Assembly (NCBI GenBank): GCA_028534125.1
Contig: CM052818.1
Location: forward strand, 24,926,001 to 24,990,000
Origin: Lama glama
Lineage: Eukaryota
DNA: 64,000 nucleotides
Reading direction: 5' to 3'
The notes beneath the pieces were generated by a model. It did no database searches and had not been told where the DNA came from. It saw only the letters and a list, made by a program, of their open reading frames with translations. Shown here in pieces: positions 12,101 to 27,400 of this stretch (within the stretch, counting starts at the first letter, position 1; the number at the start of each line of letters is the position of its first letter). The position numbers and the translations under genes are program-made.

Positions 12101-14899
12101 AATGACAAAGTATTTATGTCCTACTGTCTTTGAGATCTCTGTTTACCCCACAAAGGAAAAATGCTCTGAAACCACAAGGACATATTCTATTTCAAGTTTC
12201 AAGAATTCAATCCCAAATGATTTATACAAGTTAACATTACGCCCACAGAATTTTAATCTTCACATTTCTGAAATTCTCTCACTTTTCACTTCATAAAAAC
12301 AAAACACTACAACATTCATTTCCCTTTTGTATCTTGCAGGCAATATATCATATTAAGATTTGGCTTATGTAAACAAGGTATATATATTTGAAAAGTAATG
12401 CCAGTTGTTTTTAATGAAAATTTTTAATTAAATTTGTTTTAATTAAAGTGAAGGCCAGTTAGAACAGTTGGCACTTTCAATATCATTTTGATGACTAATT
12501 TCTATTCAAAATTAATTTCTCCAAAGTTCCACATAATGTATTCACAAGACTCATCAATGTTTATTTATTAAAGTCAGTGTTTTCAGTAACTGAAAGAAGC
12601 ATTATATAATGTTTCCAACTGAGTCTCCTTCCATCTGTCCTCCTATTTTACTGTTCATCCCGGAGTTTAAATATAAGAATTGCCCTTGGAACAGAAATGG
12701 CCAGACGTCCCCCAAAGGGTACAGCTCTCCAGCACTTTGCACTGTATTTCCTGTCATTTACCCACCAGTGCTAGCAGCCTTCCCAAAGTGGTCCTCCCAT
12801 AGCCTACTAAGAGTAGTTACTGTGTAACCCACTAGAAAATAACTCCACCATTTGATGTCAACTCTATCAGGGCAAGCTTTTTTATCTATTTTGTTCACTC
12901 ATATCATCTACACCTAGCACAATACCTGACACTCAATATGTATGTTCACTGAGTTAATAAATTAGATGAACAAGGGAATAAAGAACCTATCTTTAGGTCA
13001 CCCCTCTCAATCCCTGGGCTCCATATATGATCCATCCCATCCCCATCTACCTTACGGGCTCTTTGTGAGTTTTAGGCCTGAAGGCTTCTTTCTAACATCA
13101 CAGTCCCAGTGGCACAGCGGGGCCTGAGGCCCTGTTCTTTAAATCAGTTCTCTCAAGTTCCTCCCACAAGGCTCCTTCAAGTCCTTCACTATTCTAGCCC
13201 TCCTCTTGCTGGGCGGAGGATGACTTCATTTGCATACTGATCAGAGACAGTCTTTACTTAGACCAGCAAAGCTTCCTCAGCATCAAAAGATAGCTGCAAG
13301 AAGGGCCCATAGGGAAAAATAACTTAGGCAACTGATCAACTCAAACACAAAAGAACCCCGCCTCCCCTGTGTAGCTGAAATCTTCCTAACACCACCGTGC
13401 ACACAGTAGGCTTTCAATGGGCATTTATGGCATTGGATAGTAAACTACGGAAATACAGTGTGGGACTACCTCTAAAGCATTTGTAAGCTCCCATGTTATT
13501 CCAGTGGGCAAGACAGTGAAATGCGGATTGGACAATACTGTGCTAGTAAGGGGACTTGCGGCTAGAAAAACCACTGTATTTAAACTGTGCTGGTAGAAGG
13601 GTCCTTTGTCAGCCTGGTAGAATAGCAGGGAGTTCTAGTCTTGATCCTTACTGGGTTTATCAATAACTGTACCTTCATTTTTATTGAAGGTTGGTTGGAG
13701 GTCCAATCTAGACCTTCTAGGGTCACTCCAGCCTAGAAGTGAACTAGAACCATAAAGAGAGTGTGACAGAGTTTGATGATTTTCCCAAATAAATGTCCCA
13801 AATAAAAAAAAGTGACCACTGCTTTCAGGCTCATGTGATTTCTCTCAAGTAGATTAACACTACAGAGCCTATACGCTGCATTTCTAAACCAATTTCTCAT
13901 TGTTCACATTGTATGTTTCTTTCTCCTCTAATCGCTCAGAAATACTTGCGTGGCCTCCAGTAACAATTGTGAGAAAGTCTTCCATATCATCAACTCTACC
14001 TTTTCCCCTCTGCAACTTTTACCCACCATCCATCCGGCTTTGCCCTCTAAGTCCACATGAAGAAAGGCTGACCTCTTCTTCTCTCAAAAGCTCACTAAAT
14101 ACGCCAGGCATTCCTTGTGGCCCTTTCCACCGCTCCCGACTCTTCCATCAGAGTCTGCTTGTCTTTGTTTCCTATCATTAACATTTCTAAATGTTCGGAC
14201 TCACAACGTAATTCAGAGAAGACAGAATGAAACATGTCCACATGTTTAAATTAGATGTGATGTCAGTTTCTAGATATACAGGGCTCATTTAAGACATTCA
14301 TACCACAGCCACTAATGTCAGATGGCAAAACAAAGGTAATAATGTTTACCTAACACGGGCGTCAAAAATCATCTGTTCAAATTATTCTTAGAATCATAGA
14401 TTTTTAAAGCTGTTCATTTCACAGATGATGAAACTGAGATCCACAAGAGTTATATAAGTAGCCCAAAGTAGATCAGTAGCAATGTTGAAAAGACTTGAGG
14501 CACTCTGGCATCTCCCAGACAACAAATTATGATCCTACAATGTACCAAATATCCGTCATTTTCTCCAAACTCCTCATGTCTTAATAATGTCAGCTCATTG
14601 ACCTCCCAGGAAACTAACTTAACATTGTTATTAGTACAAAAGTGACAGACTTTAGAATCATAAAATCCTTTAAAGAGTTGTGAGCCTTCCTACTACGGGC
14701 AAGAAAACTACGGGGCATGTGGAGGAAACACTGCGATTTAGCGGCAGAGCCAGCAAAGGAACCCACGTCTTCCAGTTACAGCCTAGAACCCTTTAGCGTT
14801 CTACACGAAGGAAGAGCTAAACACCATCAATAGTACAAATCTGAGACTTATGACTAGAAAAACAGAATTCTTTTAACTAGTACACAGCTCTGTCTCATG

Positions 14900-15025
14900 G
14901 AAGTGTTAGGCTGGATAACCATTTGTTGGAAAGACTTACAGAAGAAGGGAGTTTGAGCAGCGGGTGGGCGGTTGGATTTGATCACCTCCAAACTTCCTTC
15001 AGCCTCTAGGATTACTCGATTCTGG
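14900..15025 (+). mobile_element. CR1/L3 3'-end remnant
   Basis: ggctggataaccatttg...ggttggatttgatcacctccaaacttccttcagcctctaggatt resembles the L3/CR1 3' terminus. Confidence 0.45.
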
Positions 15026-16239
15026 ACTGCCCCCGGGGCCAGCCATCTCAGCTAGCCAGGGCAGGTGCGGAGGCGGGGAATGAGCAACTGTCTTGTGGGC
15101 TCCCTCTCCTGCCGCTGGTTTGAAGGAATTCTACTCTGCTGTTCCAGGCATGACTTCAGATCCAATTTACATGCAATCAAATACTCTAGGCACAGGAAGA
15201 GTGTAAGGAAATGCAGCTCTGTCACTTCCAAAGACAGACTACACCGCTTAGCTTTCAAAATTGCCTTTCCTAAATGAGCATTCCATAACAGAGCCTCCAC
15301 ATTCAGCTTTTACAGTTTGTTCATGTACAATGCTACTATCAGAATTAATTATGCAGCATTTTCCTGAGGAGAAATCAGATTTGGATGCAGGTTAGGAGAG
15401 GAAAGAATAAAGTGCACTTCCCAAAGGAAGGCTACTGTATCTGATTCCCCCCCCCAAAAGCGCTGGAGTCCTTCCACGCACCGACAGATTTCAGATGGCA
15501 TTCCCCGGCTGAGCTAGCCACAGGAAGGAGGAAGTTGACACACTTGAGAAATGAAGAATATGCCAACTGACAAGACTCCGAAGGCCAACATGTTATTAAC
15601 CCTCTCCTTTCTATGTAATTCCATTCCAAACTGGAATTCAACACAAATCTCTTTCTTTGCTTTCCTGAATGCTTACTAAATGTTAAAATGTACTGATTTT
15701 AGACTTATTCCTTTTTTTTTTTTTTTGCAATAATGACTCCAAGGGAAAGAAGGCGGGTTTTTTTTCAACTCAGAGAAAAAGAATTTATATTAAGGATCAA
15801 GCTCTGAAAGTCAGAAGGAAGCTTCAGCAATAGGATTGTCACTTTGAATATTTTTACATGAATTACATATCTATATATACACACATACATATATATTTAT
15901 TCAAAGGATTTGATTACACGCATGGGAGTCAGGTGTTGTATAGATTTCAAAAGGGCAAACTGATGCTCTATAGTTCAGTGTGAAATAACCAAACAACAAC
16001 AAAAACAAGCTTACAAGGTATCTCAAATGTAAGAGAGTGATTTTGTAGAGTGACTCCATGCGAAAATCCCGAAAGCTCTACTTTAAAAGGCTTCGTCGGG
16101 TTTTCCGCTCTTCTTGCCCTGGTGTGACTAAACACTGAGGATGCTGTGTGCCCAGTCATTGGGAAGGGTGAAAAAAAAACCAGATGTCCTAACTGCGATC
16201 AGCTGCCTCCACCAATGCATTAATGTTATCTGAGGTTTA

Positions 16240-17328
<1,089 letters not shown>

Positions 17329-17488
17329 CTAGGCTCGGCGCTCCCTCCCGCGCTCCCCAACCTGCCCCCCACCTCCCGCCCGCCCTCGGCTCCCGGCCCG
17401 GCGCGCTCCCTCCTCGGCTCCCTTCCGACCGCGCGCCCGCCCCCTCCCCGGCCCGCCGCCCCGCGCCTCCCGGCGCCGCTCGCACTTT

Positions 17489-17515
17489 CCCGCCCCCGCC
17501 CCCGCCCCCGCCCCC
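17489..17515 (-). promoter_or_regulatory. Tandem GC boxes (GGGGGC)x4, Sp/KLF/EGR-type sites, G-quadruplex-capable
   Basis: + strand cccgcccccgcccccgcccccgccccc, about 230 bp upstream of the ATG. Confidence 0.6.
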
Positions 17516-19939
17516 AACCCCCTCGCCCGGCTCTGCACGCCCCCCGCCCGGCCTTACCCCCTCGCCTCCTCCCCACTTCCCGATCTCCGGGACCGCCCGG
17601 CTCTCCGGCGACCCCTTCCCTTTCGCCGCCCTCACTTTCCTCCCCTCTCCTCTCTCCCCTTAACCCCGTCCCTACTTTACCCTTACTTTTCTTCAACTCT
17701 TCCTCTCTCTCTTTCCCCCACTCTTTTTGTCCCTCTGTTTCCCCGCTCCTCGTCCTTTCTCTCCCTGCCCGGGACGCGACGCTTCTCTCCTCTACCCCCA
17801 AGCTCACTGCTTGCCGTCCCCTCCCCTCCAACGACCTGAGAAGACATCCGCCAGCATAGGACTCGGTCTCGTCACTTGTCCAAGTTGATTTTGATCAGTG
17901 TCCCGTTTGGTACCCAGAAGCAAATCCCCTCCAGGTCGGGCTGCGTGGTGATGTTTAACTCTTTGGAATCTCGATCCGGAGCTGAGGACCCTTTCTCCTG
18001 AAGGCTGCAGCCTGACAGCCCCTTGGCAGCTCTCTCCCTGCCGTCCTCCCTTTCCCTGTCACTTGCCCATGGCCACCTCTCAGCGCTCGCTCCGCTCCAG
18101 CCCCTCTTCTGAAAGAAAAGGCTCTGAGTGTCACTGGAGAGACAGACCCATGACCAGAGATTTTCTGCCACTTCACTTCAGCCTGCTCATTTGGAAATGG
18201 GCTTCTTTTTGGATGACCACCTCCATCTCCCGCTCGAGTGACGGCCTCCTGGAATTTCTAGAATCGCGTAGGATCAATAAGCCCTTGCAATGGCACCTGC
18301 TCTGTGAGGTGATTATTGCCTTTGAATAAAGAAAGCTCTTGGTAATGAATCAAAGGAATGAATTTTTTCTCCTGTGCAAGTTTCTCGCATGGGCTGGGAG
18401 GGCCAACAACGAAGCAGTGCTACACATCACAGTCAACATCTCAGCTTGCTTCTGTTTTCCAGGGCACCTTGCAGTCACAGATGTCAATTCTGAGAATGGC
18501 TGGCAGATTCACATTTCCTAAAATGAGGAAACGTTAGTACCCAGGGTCCTGAAAGAGTTAATCGCTTATGTTGTGGAGTCTTACAACAGAGGAGCAATAC
18601 CCTAGTGCCTTTTAATGCCCTTGGGGCCAAGTCACAGACAGAAAACTGGGCTGCGTGGGCCCAGGAATGCCAATTCTTGTGTTCTTATGCTATGAAATAT
18701 TAATGATCAAAAGATTATGAGGCATTCATTAGATGCTAAATGTCATTACTCCACAATTTAATGGGACTTATTAATTAGTGCCCCACATCAGTTGGTATTA
18801 ATATGACATATATTTCCTCTGAAATGACATCTGTAAAGGTGGTACAAGAATCTTGCTGGGATTTATTGTCATTGCTGTTTGTACTCTGAGCATTTTCAGA
18901 GGGTATATTTCCCATCAAGATTGTGGACCTCTTCTGAGCCGTTCAGTTCACAGATAGATCACTTAAGCAAATCTTTCAGTCATATTGGACTCCTGTGCCC
19001 ATTTCTGCTGACCTGACAATGTGAATTATTGCTTGGGTTTTCTCACAGCTTCAGCAAGATCTATGGTGAGCTCAAGTCTAATTAAGGAAGACAAAGAATT
19101 ATAATTTTAGTGTTCCTCTCACCTATAATCTTTTCCTTAACAGGAAACACTAAGCTCATCAAAGGAGTCTTATCTGGATTTGCACAAAAATGGTGAGACT
19201 TAGAAGCCTTTTTTTATTTATGTTCTATAATATGTGTAAAATCCTAGATCTTTATGGATACACAGACAGAATATATTTAACTGTGAGCCCACAGTTGACA
19301 TCTGCAATTCGTTCAAGTTGTCATGTGTCCTTTTATTTTTAAAAAATGCCTTGTGAGATAAAGTTATTACAAACCTTGAAAGTCCCAAGGGTGGGCAAAC
19401 CCTTAGCAATTCTTCATCCCCTTTTCAAACAAACACTGAGGTACTACAAGAAATAAACATTCTGCCACATTTCAGAGTCACCTGATTATCTTCACACAAT
19501 AACCAACCATGTCCCCACCTGGAGTAGACAGAAGGAAACCTCTTTTTCAGGTTTGTCCTGTTTAACGTAAAAGAACAGAAGGCTCTGCTTCATTTTCCTA
19601 GCTGGAACCCTTTGATCAGACTCCTTCTCAGGAAATAGCATTATACTTGAAGTTCATTTATGTCTATGTTTAAGACCAGACTCAGCATATAATCCAATGG
19701 TTACTATATGATGGATTACCCTTGACAGTATTTCATAAAAAAATGTCACACATTACAAATATGGGCCAGCAGCATGTAATGAGAGCGCTGCCTCTGCTGG
19801 TGCAGCATTAACGGCATCAGCAGGGATGTGACATATGATGTGTATGCAGGTTTTGCTACAGCAACTGCATACTGCTCCATCCATGTTCTTAAAAATTTCT
19901 CTTTTGGATATTTCCAACAATGAAATAGCATCCACTAAC

Positions 19940-20300
19940 CCCACTCTGTTAGCGGAGTGGGAAACGCAAAGATGAATAAATGGATCCCATCTTCAGAATG
20001 CTCCCAGTCTCGTGGTATGAGACAGACACGTAGATTTTTCTGTGCACTCTAGTAGAAATAAGAACAAAATGTGTGGGGACACAGACAATGAAAAGACTAA
20101 CCGCCTGGGGGGGAGTCAGGAAGGCTACTTAGAGACAGTAATTTTTGAGTTAGTTCTCAAAGGATGAGTTAAACTTTACCAAAAGGATTCCATCGGAGAT
20201 ATTGGTGTTATCGTCAGCATATAGATCTTGGATTTATGTGTCTACCTGACAGACTTGGAGGCTTCCATATTGGGGGCAACTGTAAAAGAAGAATTTTGTT
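19940..20300 (-). mobile_element. L2-like remnant including an RT LYADD motif
   Basis: L2 3'-end-like text at 19940-20185. The minus strand of 20210-20224 reads cta tat gct gac gat = LYADD. Confidence 0.5.
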
Positions 20301-22959
20301 TCCTACATTTTTAAATCATAAAGTTGACATAGTCTAATCCTTGACCTGAGCTAAATACCTGCAGACGAGTAGAAGCAGACGTCTGAGCCAGAATGCAGTT
20401 GATGCAGGAGGGCTTTTAACTTGGCAGGGAGTCAGGGTGATGGGAGAGCCAATATCCAACCAGAACGCGGAGGCATGTCTTAGCTGTGGCGATGCTGCGC
20501 CCTCGATGATGTTTTCAAACTTAGTTTGTTCTTCACTTGTCTTAAGTTTCTCTTTGCCATCTCCAGTTCTGATATCCCCAGTATCTCCCTTGGAGAATAA
20601 GTGTCCTATAATGACAGGGGAGAGAGTGGAAGAATTTAGTCCTGGGGGTCCCACTGTACTGTAGAATTCAGTATGTCTGAAGGTAAAGTCTTGTGTTTCC
20701 CTATGGTCCAACTGCCCCACCTCACTTCTCTCTCTCTCTGCTGCTGCTGCTGACAAGTCATTCAAGTCACTCAGACTCAATATTTGGAATTATCTGTCAC
20801 ATTCACAGAGTGGTGGGGATTCTTCCTCTGAAATGTCTTTGCAGCCAATCTTTCCCCTACATTTCTCTCGCTTCCTATCACTACACCTCTGTCACTTCAC
20901 ATCTGGATTATGATTCCAGCTTCTTCCTCCGCCCCCATGATTCCAGGACAACCAGATTCACATGCAGTTCTTCCAGAAGTTATCCTGGACACTTGCCAAA
21001 TGCACCTTCCTCAAATGTTATTTTGTTGATGGCATCCTTCAGCATCCAAGTCTCCTTTCCAGATTAGAGAGAATTCTCCTCTATGTTACTCTAGAGTCCT
21101 TCTTTGTTACTGTCAGTATTCCCATAGCATTTAAACATCCCAACTGATGTGTTGGACATGTTTAAATATTTAGAAAACAAAACACTTTTGCCTCTTCCAG
21201 CACACTTATCATAATATCTAGGTGCTTTATGACATTCATCGTATTTCCCTATACAGTTGGAAAGTTCTTGAATAAATATTTTCTTACAAAAAGGTACACA
21301 CACATACACCCAGAGGTCTCCAATTATCACAGAGTTATGGCAATAATTTATTGACATACCCATGCTAAGCTAACCATGCTAACCATGAATATTCTAAAAT
21401 GTTTTCTCTCCTTTGCCCCAGTGCTGAGATCAAAAGCAGTATCTTTCCTCATTTCAAACATTTAGATTTCACAGAATTTATACTATGCAGTTTAACCAAA
21501 ACCACACACTGGCTCTCATAAAGAGTAGGGGTTATTCTTGGTAATATCAGACATTTGTCTAGCATTTAATGTGAGGATAGGGTCAATTAAATTTTTGATC
21601 TACAATATGTCATTTCAGCAAATAAATGAGGTATCTTATGTTAATGTCATCATTCTAAACCAATCCCCTATAACAAGTTTATTTTGATTCAGTAACATTT
21701 ATTGAGCACCTCCAGTGTAAGTTATTGTGCTGGGTCCCACTGGATTATGCAAAGATGAAAAAGAGCATGGCCTGTGTTCTCAGGGAGTTTTAGGTTAGTG
21801 GAGGACAAAGACAGACATGCAGGAGGCTATAAAAAGGGATGCCTGAGCTGAGTGCTTTCACAGAGGTGCAGACGGAATTCAGCAGGGAAACCTAGTACAA
21901 AGAGATCAATTTCCAAAAGGAAGAATACAGTTAAGCCCAGTGGAATAGATGACATCTCCGTTAGGGGTTGGAGGAAACAGGATATTTTCTGTATATGTGT
22001 CAATTTAGTCCAGGGCAAAGCCAAAAGTAAATCTGAGAAGTAGCACCTACCAGAGGGCTCCTTCTGCCCCACGCACGTGGTAATTCATCACGTCATTTTG
22101 TCACTAACTAGAAGCCAGGAACCAGAAAATACCGCAAACCCCCAAAATAGACGGTGCCTGATAAGTTTCTCATTTCACTGACACACCACGGAATGTCACC
22201 ATTCTTTTTCACATTCCTGGATTAAGCTGTTTCCTTTTTGGCGCCTTTAAGCACATATGGTGAAGGAAAAAAACACACACACATTCAAAGGAACCCATAA
22301 CCATGTTAAGTCCCACTCAGAGTGTGACGTTTTAGCAGATGATGGCTCATGAATCGCCACCCCAAACTATATGCTCCACCTTTTTTGTGTGGACAGACAC
22401 TCGGTTTCTAAGCTGGGGGCTAATTCAGTTCATTCAGGCCACATTTGACAACCAAGGTGGAACTGGACATAACTATGATACTCAGTCTCTCTAATTCACA
22501 GCAGCCTGTGACGCTGTCCAGGAAACCAAAAAGCTAGTGTTTAGGTGTCTCTCCTTTTTCTCACCCTCGGACCTCCTCAGTTGCATCTACTCAAAGGCAC
22601 CAGGGTCTGGAGAATACACAGGCGCTGGAGTGGGACCACATATAAATTCTCAATCCACTACTCGCTACCCGATCATCCTTAGCTGGTCACCTAACCTCTC
22701 TGAACCACCCAAGTTCTGAAAACCAGGGATATCGACATCTACCTCTCAGGATTAATGATTCGTAATTACCACATGCTAAGTAGTGTTTCCTCCCACTCCT
22801 CCCTCCTCCAGCCATGTAAACACAGAAACATGCTTCAAAAACCCACAGCCTAATTATATCAAGCCCACATGATTTAAATGTCATAAATACAAATAGCTAA
22901 ATAAGTTATTCATGACATGATTCTTTTGCATGTTACTTATTCATGTAGGAGAGGCAATC

Positions 22960-24470
22960 TACTATTCTCATTTGTTCAGTTAACATTTAGTGAGCACCTA
23001 TGGGCCAGGGAGAGAGCATTCCAGGCAGAGGGAAGAGCCAGTGCAAAGGTCCTGAGGCATGCAAGAGTTTTGTATCACGGAGGAACTGGAAAGAGATAAC
23101 TGCAGCTGGAAAATAGTGAATGAGGTAGTGAGTGGTGTGAGATGTAGTCACAACATTAGCCAGTGGCCATTCTATGGGGTTTGGACTTGGGTCAAAAGAA
23201 ACCTTTGGAGAGTTTTAAGGAGGGGAGAGGCATAAGTTGATTCATATTTTAAATGTCACTTAGACGACTGAGTGAAAAAGGAATTGGGGCTGGGGATGGC
23301 AAGCCTGAAAGCAGGGAAACCAGTCAGAAGGCTACTACAAATAGTTCAGACAAGGGATATTAGTAATTATTGACATATATGTTTTACTGCCATTTTGTTA
23401 ATTGTTTTGGATTTGTTTTAGTAGGTCCTTCTCATCAGTTTCTTCTTTTGTTCTCTTCTCTTGTGATGTGGTGACTCTCTTTAGCGTTATGTTTGGATCC
23501 CTTTTTCTTTTTTGTGTGTATATCTATTACAGATTTTTGGTTTGCAGTTACCATAAGGTTTTGGTACAACATTCTGTATATATACGTAATTGCTTTAAGT
23601 TGCTGATCTCTTATTTGCAAATACATTTTAAGCACCCTGCATGTCTACTCTCCTCCTCTCATGATTACTGTTTTTGATGTCACGTTTTACATTTGCTTTG
23701 TGTATCTCTTAATTGCTTCTTGTGGAAACTGATGATTTTACTACTAGTGCCTTTTACCCTTCCTACTAGTTGCTACAAGAATGATTTCCTACCTTTACTG
23801 TTTGTTTGCCTTTACCAGTGAGCTTTTCCATTTTGTAATTTTCTTCTTTCTAGTTCTGGGCTTTTCTTTCCTGCCAGGAGAAGTTCCATTAGCATTTGTT
23901 GTAAAGCTGGTTTGGTGGTGCTAAATTCTTTCAGCTTTTGCTCAGACAAGGGATCTTAGTACCTTAGACTAAAAAGAGGCAGCAGACAGAACAGAGAAGT
24001 GGGTCAAGGTTGAACACACAGAATTACTGTGAGTCCAGATGAGGGAAAGAAGAAATCAAGAACCAGGCCTCTGTATTTCTGGTTTCAGTGTCTGAATGGC
24101 TATCATGCACTGAGGTGTGGAACATTCTTGGGAATGAAGTTAAAAATTCTGTTTGGGGCGTGTTAAGTTTGAGATGCCGTTCAGAAATCTCAGCTGGATG
24201 CAAGGGCAGCAGTCTGGAGGGAGGATTTAGATTTTAGAGATGTCAGCAGATAGGTGCTACATGCACGTTGATATTCAGATTCATGGGACTAGATGAGACT
24301 GCTTAGGAGAAAGTGTAGCTAGAAAAACTAGGAGGTTCAGGGCCAGGAAGGATCTAAAACCCTTGAGCATTTAAAAGCTCCATTGAGGAAGCAAATGCCA
24401 CCAAGGAGACCAGGAAAGAAGGTAGGAGGAAAAACAAGAAAATGCGTGTCCCCAAAGCCAAGATAGGGGA
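22960..24470 (-). mobile_element. L2 remnant (split by the L1 fragment at 23366-23941)
   Basis: catttagtgagcaccta..., gcattccaggcagagggaagagccagtgcaaaggtcctgaggca, ttctgtttggggcgtgttaagtttgagatgcc are typical L2 antisense text. Confidence 0.7.
23366..23941 (-). mobile_element. Internal L1 fragment: ORF1 C-terminus + inter-ORF spacer + first codons of ORF2
   Basis: Minus strand from 23940 translates QKLKEFSTTKPALQQMLMELL (L1 ORF1 end) and ends in aacaaaATGgcagtaaaacatatatgtcaataatt (ORF2 start). Flanked by tcagacaagggat(a/c)ttagta direct repeats. Confidence 0.85.
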
Positions 24471-27400
24471 GTCTAAGGATATGCTTTGATGACAGCCACA
24501 GGACAATCAAGTTCTATGTGATGATTTTATGGAGAGGAGGATTTACTCAGCCTCTCCAAGCCTCTGTTTCCTCATCTGTAAAATGGGGATCAGAGAAATA
24601 ATATCCTTCTCACAGCTACTATGAGAATCAAACACAGGATGAAAATAAAGCACTAGCAATCCAGAGAGTGTAACGGCTGACGTGTACAAGTGCCCCACGT
24701 ATATGGCGGCTGTCATGACTACCGCTATTTACCAGCGCCAACAATAACACCGGGCACTGTTCACACCTGCAGGCCATGATCCTAGTGTGGTACGGAACGT
24801 TACTCTCCCAAGGACTGTGCCCCAGTGAAAAGCCAGCAGGGCCCACCATAAGGCTCCCACAAACATAAATCGTTGATAGTATTGGTGGAATGATGAGTGT
24901 TCAAAAGTACGAGAAACCATCATGCTCTTTCAATGGGCTATTTTGTTATGAGCCCATAAAGGGGTTTAATGGTGCTCTGTGAACAGCCAAAATAAGCTGC
25001 CAGAGGACGATAAGGTATCTCCCTTTCGCAAGGTCCCTAAATGGACTAGATAGAAAGGCCTCTGTAGAAAATGACTGCCCATGTTTATGGATACAAATCA
25101 CTTCAGGGGAATGAATAGAGGGAGTAGCTGGATGTCCCCTCCCCGTGCAAGGGGCTGGGGAAGCCCTGACAGGACAGGGGACATTAAGCCAGCTGTCAGC
25201 AGCATCTGGATGAGAGGAGGAAAAGAGACAGCCTCCCCTGAAGAAAGGCAGGGAGTAAAAGGCAAGACTCAGGAAGGACCTAAGACTCAGCCAAGATGCA
25301 CATGCTAGAAGCCAGAAGGCAGCTCTCCAATGAGAAATCCAAACTTGGCCCACATGATCTTAGCCGGCATCCCAGATTCACATCCTCCAGACCAAGAGAC
25401 AAAGGCTGAGTCAAGTGTCCCTGAACATGGTGAACTCAACACAGGTCTGGAGGCATTTGCCCCCACCTCTGAAAGCCATGCCTCTACCTTAGACAACTCT
25501 TTATTTTTCCTTTTCCTTCAATTCTTGATTTGGATAAGCCTCTTGAAAAATTATTTGAGTCCAGGTAATCATCAGCCAGTATGTGAATAGCTATGATGAA
25601 TCAGATACTCTGAAGAATACATAACAATGTGTTGTGTTCTCTACAGCTCTCAGCATGCCAGCATTTCATCAGCCGCTGTGGGGTGCAATCATCGGATGCG
25701 CACGGTGCTTAGAGAAGCATCCTGTTCTTTTGGAAGAAGTAACCCATTCGGCAGAGCTTGGCACACACCTCCCCACAGCAGCACCTGAGCCCCGATAACG
25801 AATGAGTGCCACGTGGCATTGATGGTTACTCAAGTGGAGATGCAAATAGAAGCTCGAGGACAAATTACTGTCTCACCTCCGACATTGGTATGGAGAGGTA
25901 GGACCTTGTCAGGGTCAGATTTATGAGGCTGATTAAAAAAGAGAGAGCGGACATGCACCAATGGCCAAAAAGGGGTCCAAGTAGGTGGCTTTGATGTATG
26001 AGTTCCTTCTGCCTAATTTATTTGGTGTCTGCCATCTGCATGTGATCAAGAGCCTTGGACCATGTGAGTGGCAAGTCAGGGAGGGGGCTGACAGTGAGGG
26101 AGATGTCACTTGTGTTTTCCAGCCAGGCCACCATGTGCCCTTATGAGCCCCACTGAAACAAAAACACAACAGAAGGGGCTTCTCTCCAAATAATCCTGGA
26201 ATTTAGCCAAAAGAAATCCTTGAAGTTTTAAACACTGAAGTTTTATCCCAACTTCAAGACTTTCTGAATATTTAGGGAAATTATTTACTTTCTCAATTTC
26301 CTTTTCAGAAAGCTGACTGGCTTTTCTGTTTGTTTGTTTGTCCTGAATTTTGTGGGCATAGTTTTAATTACTTGCTTTTTCCATCCTCACTCAGCACTTT
26401 ACCCTTTTCCATATCAACCACTTTTGCAAAGAAGCCCAGGGTCTTTTTGTCAATAAAATGAGATTGAAAATGACTCTCATGGCAGTATTGTTAACTGGGT
26501 TTATAGAACACCCTTTTAAGTGTTATATTTGGTAGCAATGACTGCAGACCAGATATAGAATCCTGAAAGGGGGAGGTCAACCCAGGATAGAGCCAGGATC
26601 TGGACTAAGGTTGTCTGGGGTTCCTGGGATCTGAAAGGAGATTTGGAGAAGAGGAGCTATAGAAAGTACTCTCAAGACAAAGAAAAAGGAGGTGGCAATA
26701 GCAAATAGCACATGATCAAGAAATGTGAGCTACATACTATTATTCTATAAAATTGTAGGTAAAAAACTGCACAAAATAAGCAACATACCAAGTGGTAGGC
26801 ACAGGTCACAGTGGGTTGGAATGAGTATTCCCCAGCCTGGCTCAGTGTGGGTTTGAGTATTTAAAGATTTGGAGGGCTGATGCTTAGGAGAATGGCCAGA
26901 TCTACAGTTTCCCTGATTGTCTTGCCTGCTACCTGCCACCGATAGCCATGGAGCGTTTCTGGATTTATATAGTAATAGCAGGTAGCTGACATTCGTTGAT
27001 CACATACTATTTGCCAGGCATTGTTCTAAGCACTTTATATATTTTTTTAAGTCAGGGAGTTTTTCTATAAAAGGAAGGATTAAAAATGAATGATAGGTAG
27101 AGGCAGAAGTGGGATTAAGAGAGGGTTTGTTTGTTCTAGTGAAGATGAGAAGATAGCAGCATGCCTGTATAGTTTTGGAAATGATCCATAAGGGATGGAG
27201 ATATTAATACAGAAAAGAGAAGTAGAAATGTTGGAGTCAAGTCAGAGAATGGACTAGAGGGAAGGGCTCTGGTAGATAAGTGGAGAGGTTGTCTTGGGTA
27301 GGTGCCTGCAGAGTGCATCCATAGTAACTGTGGAAAGAGTTCAGGACATGGTAACAGTTGCGAGAAGATGGGTAGGTGGATAATTGGACCTTACGGAAGT

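Noticed and set aside
24888..24990. Possible C/D snoRNA (ATGATGA box C)
   Set aside because: I found no suitably placed CTGA box D or terminal stem, and the site is not in a host intron.
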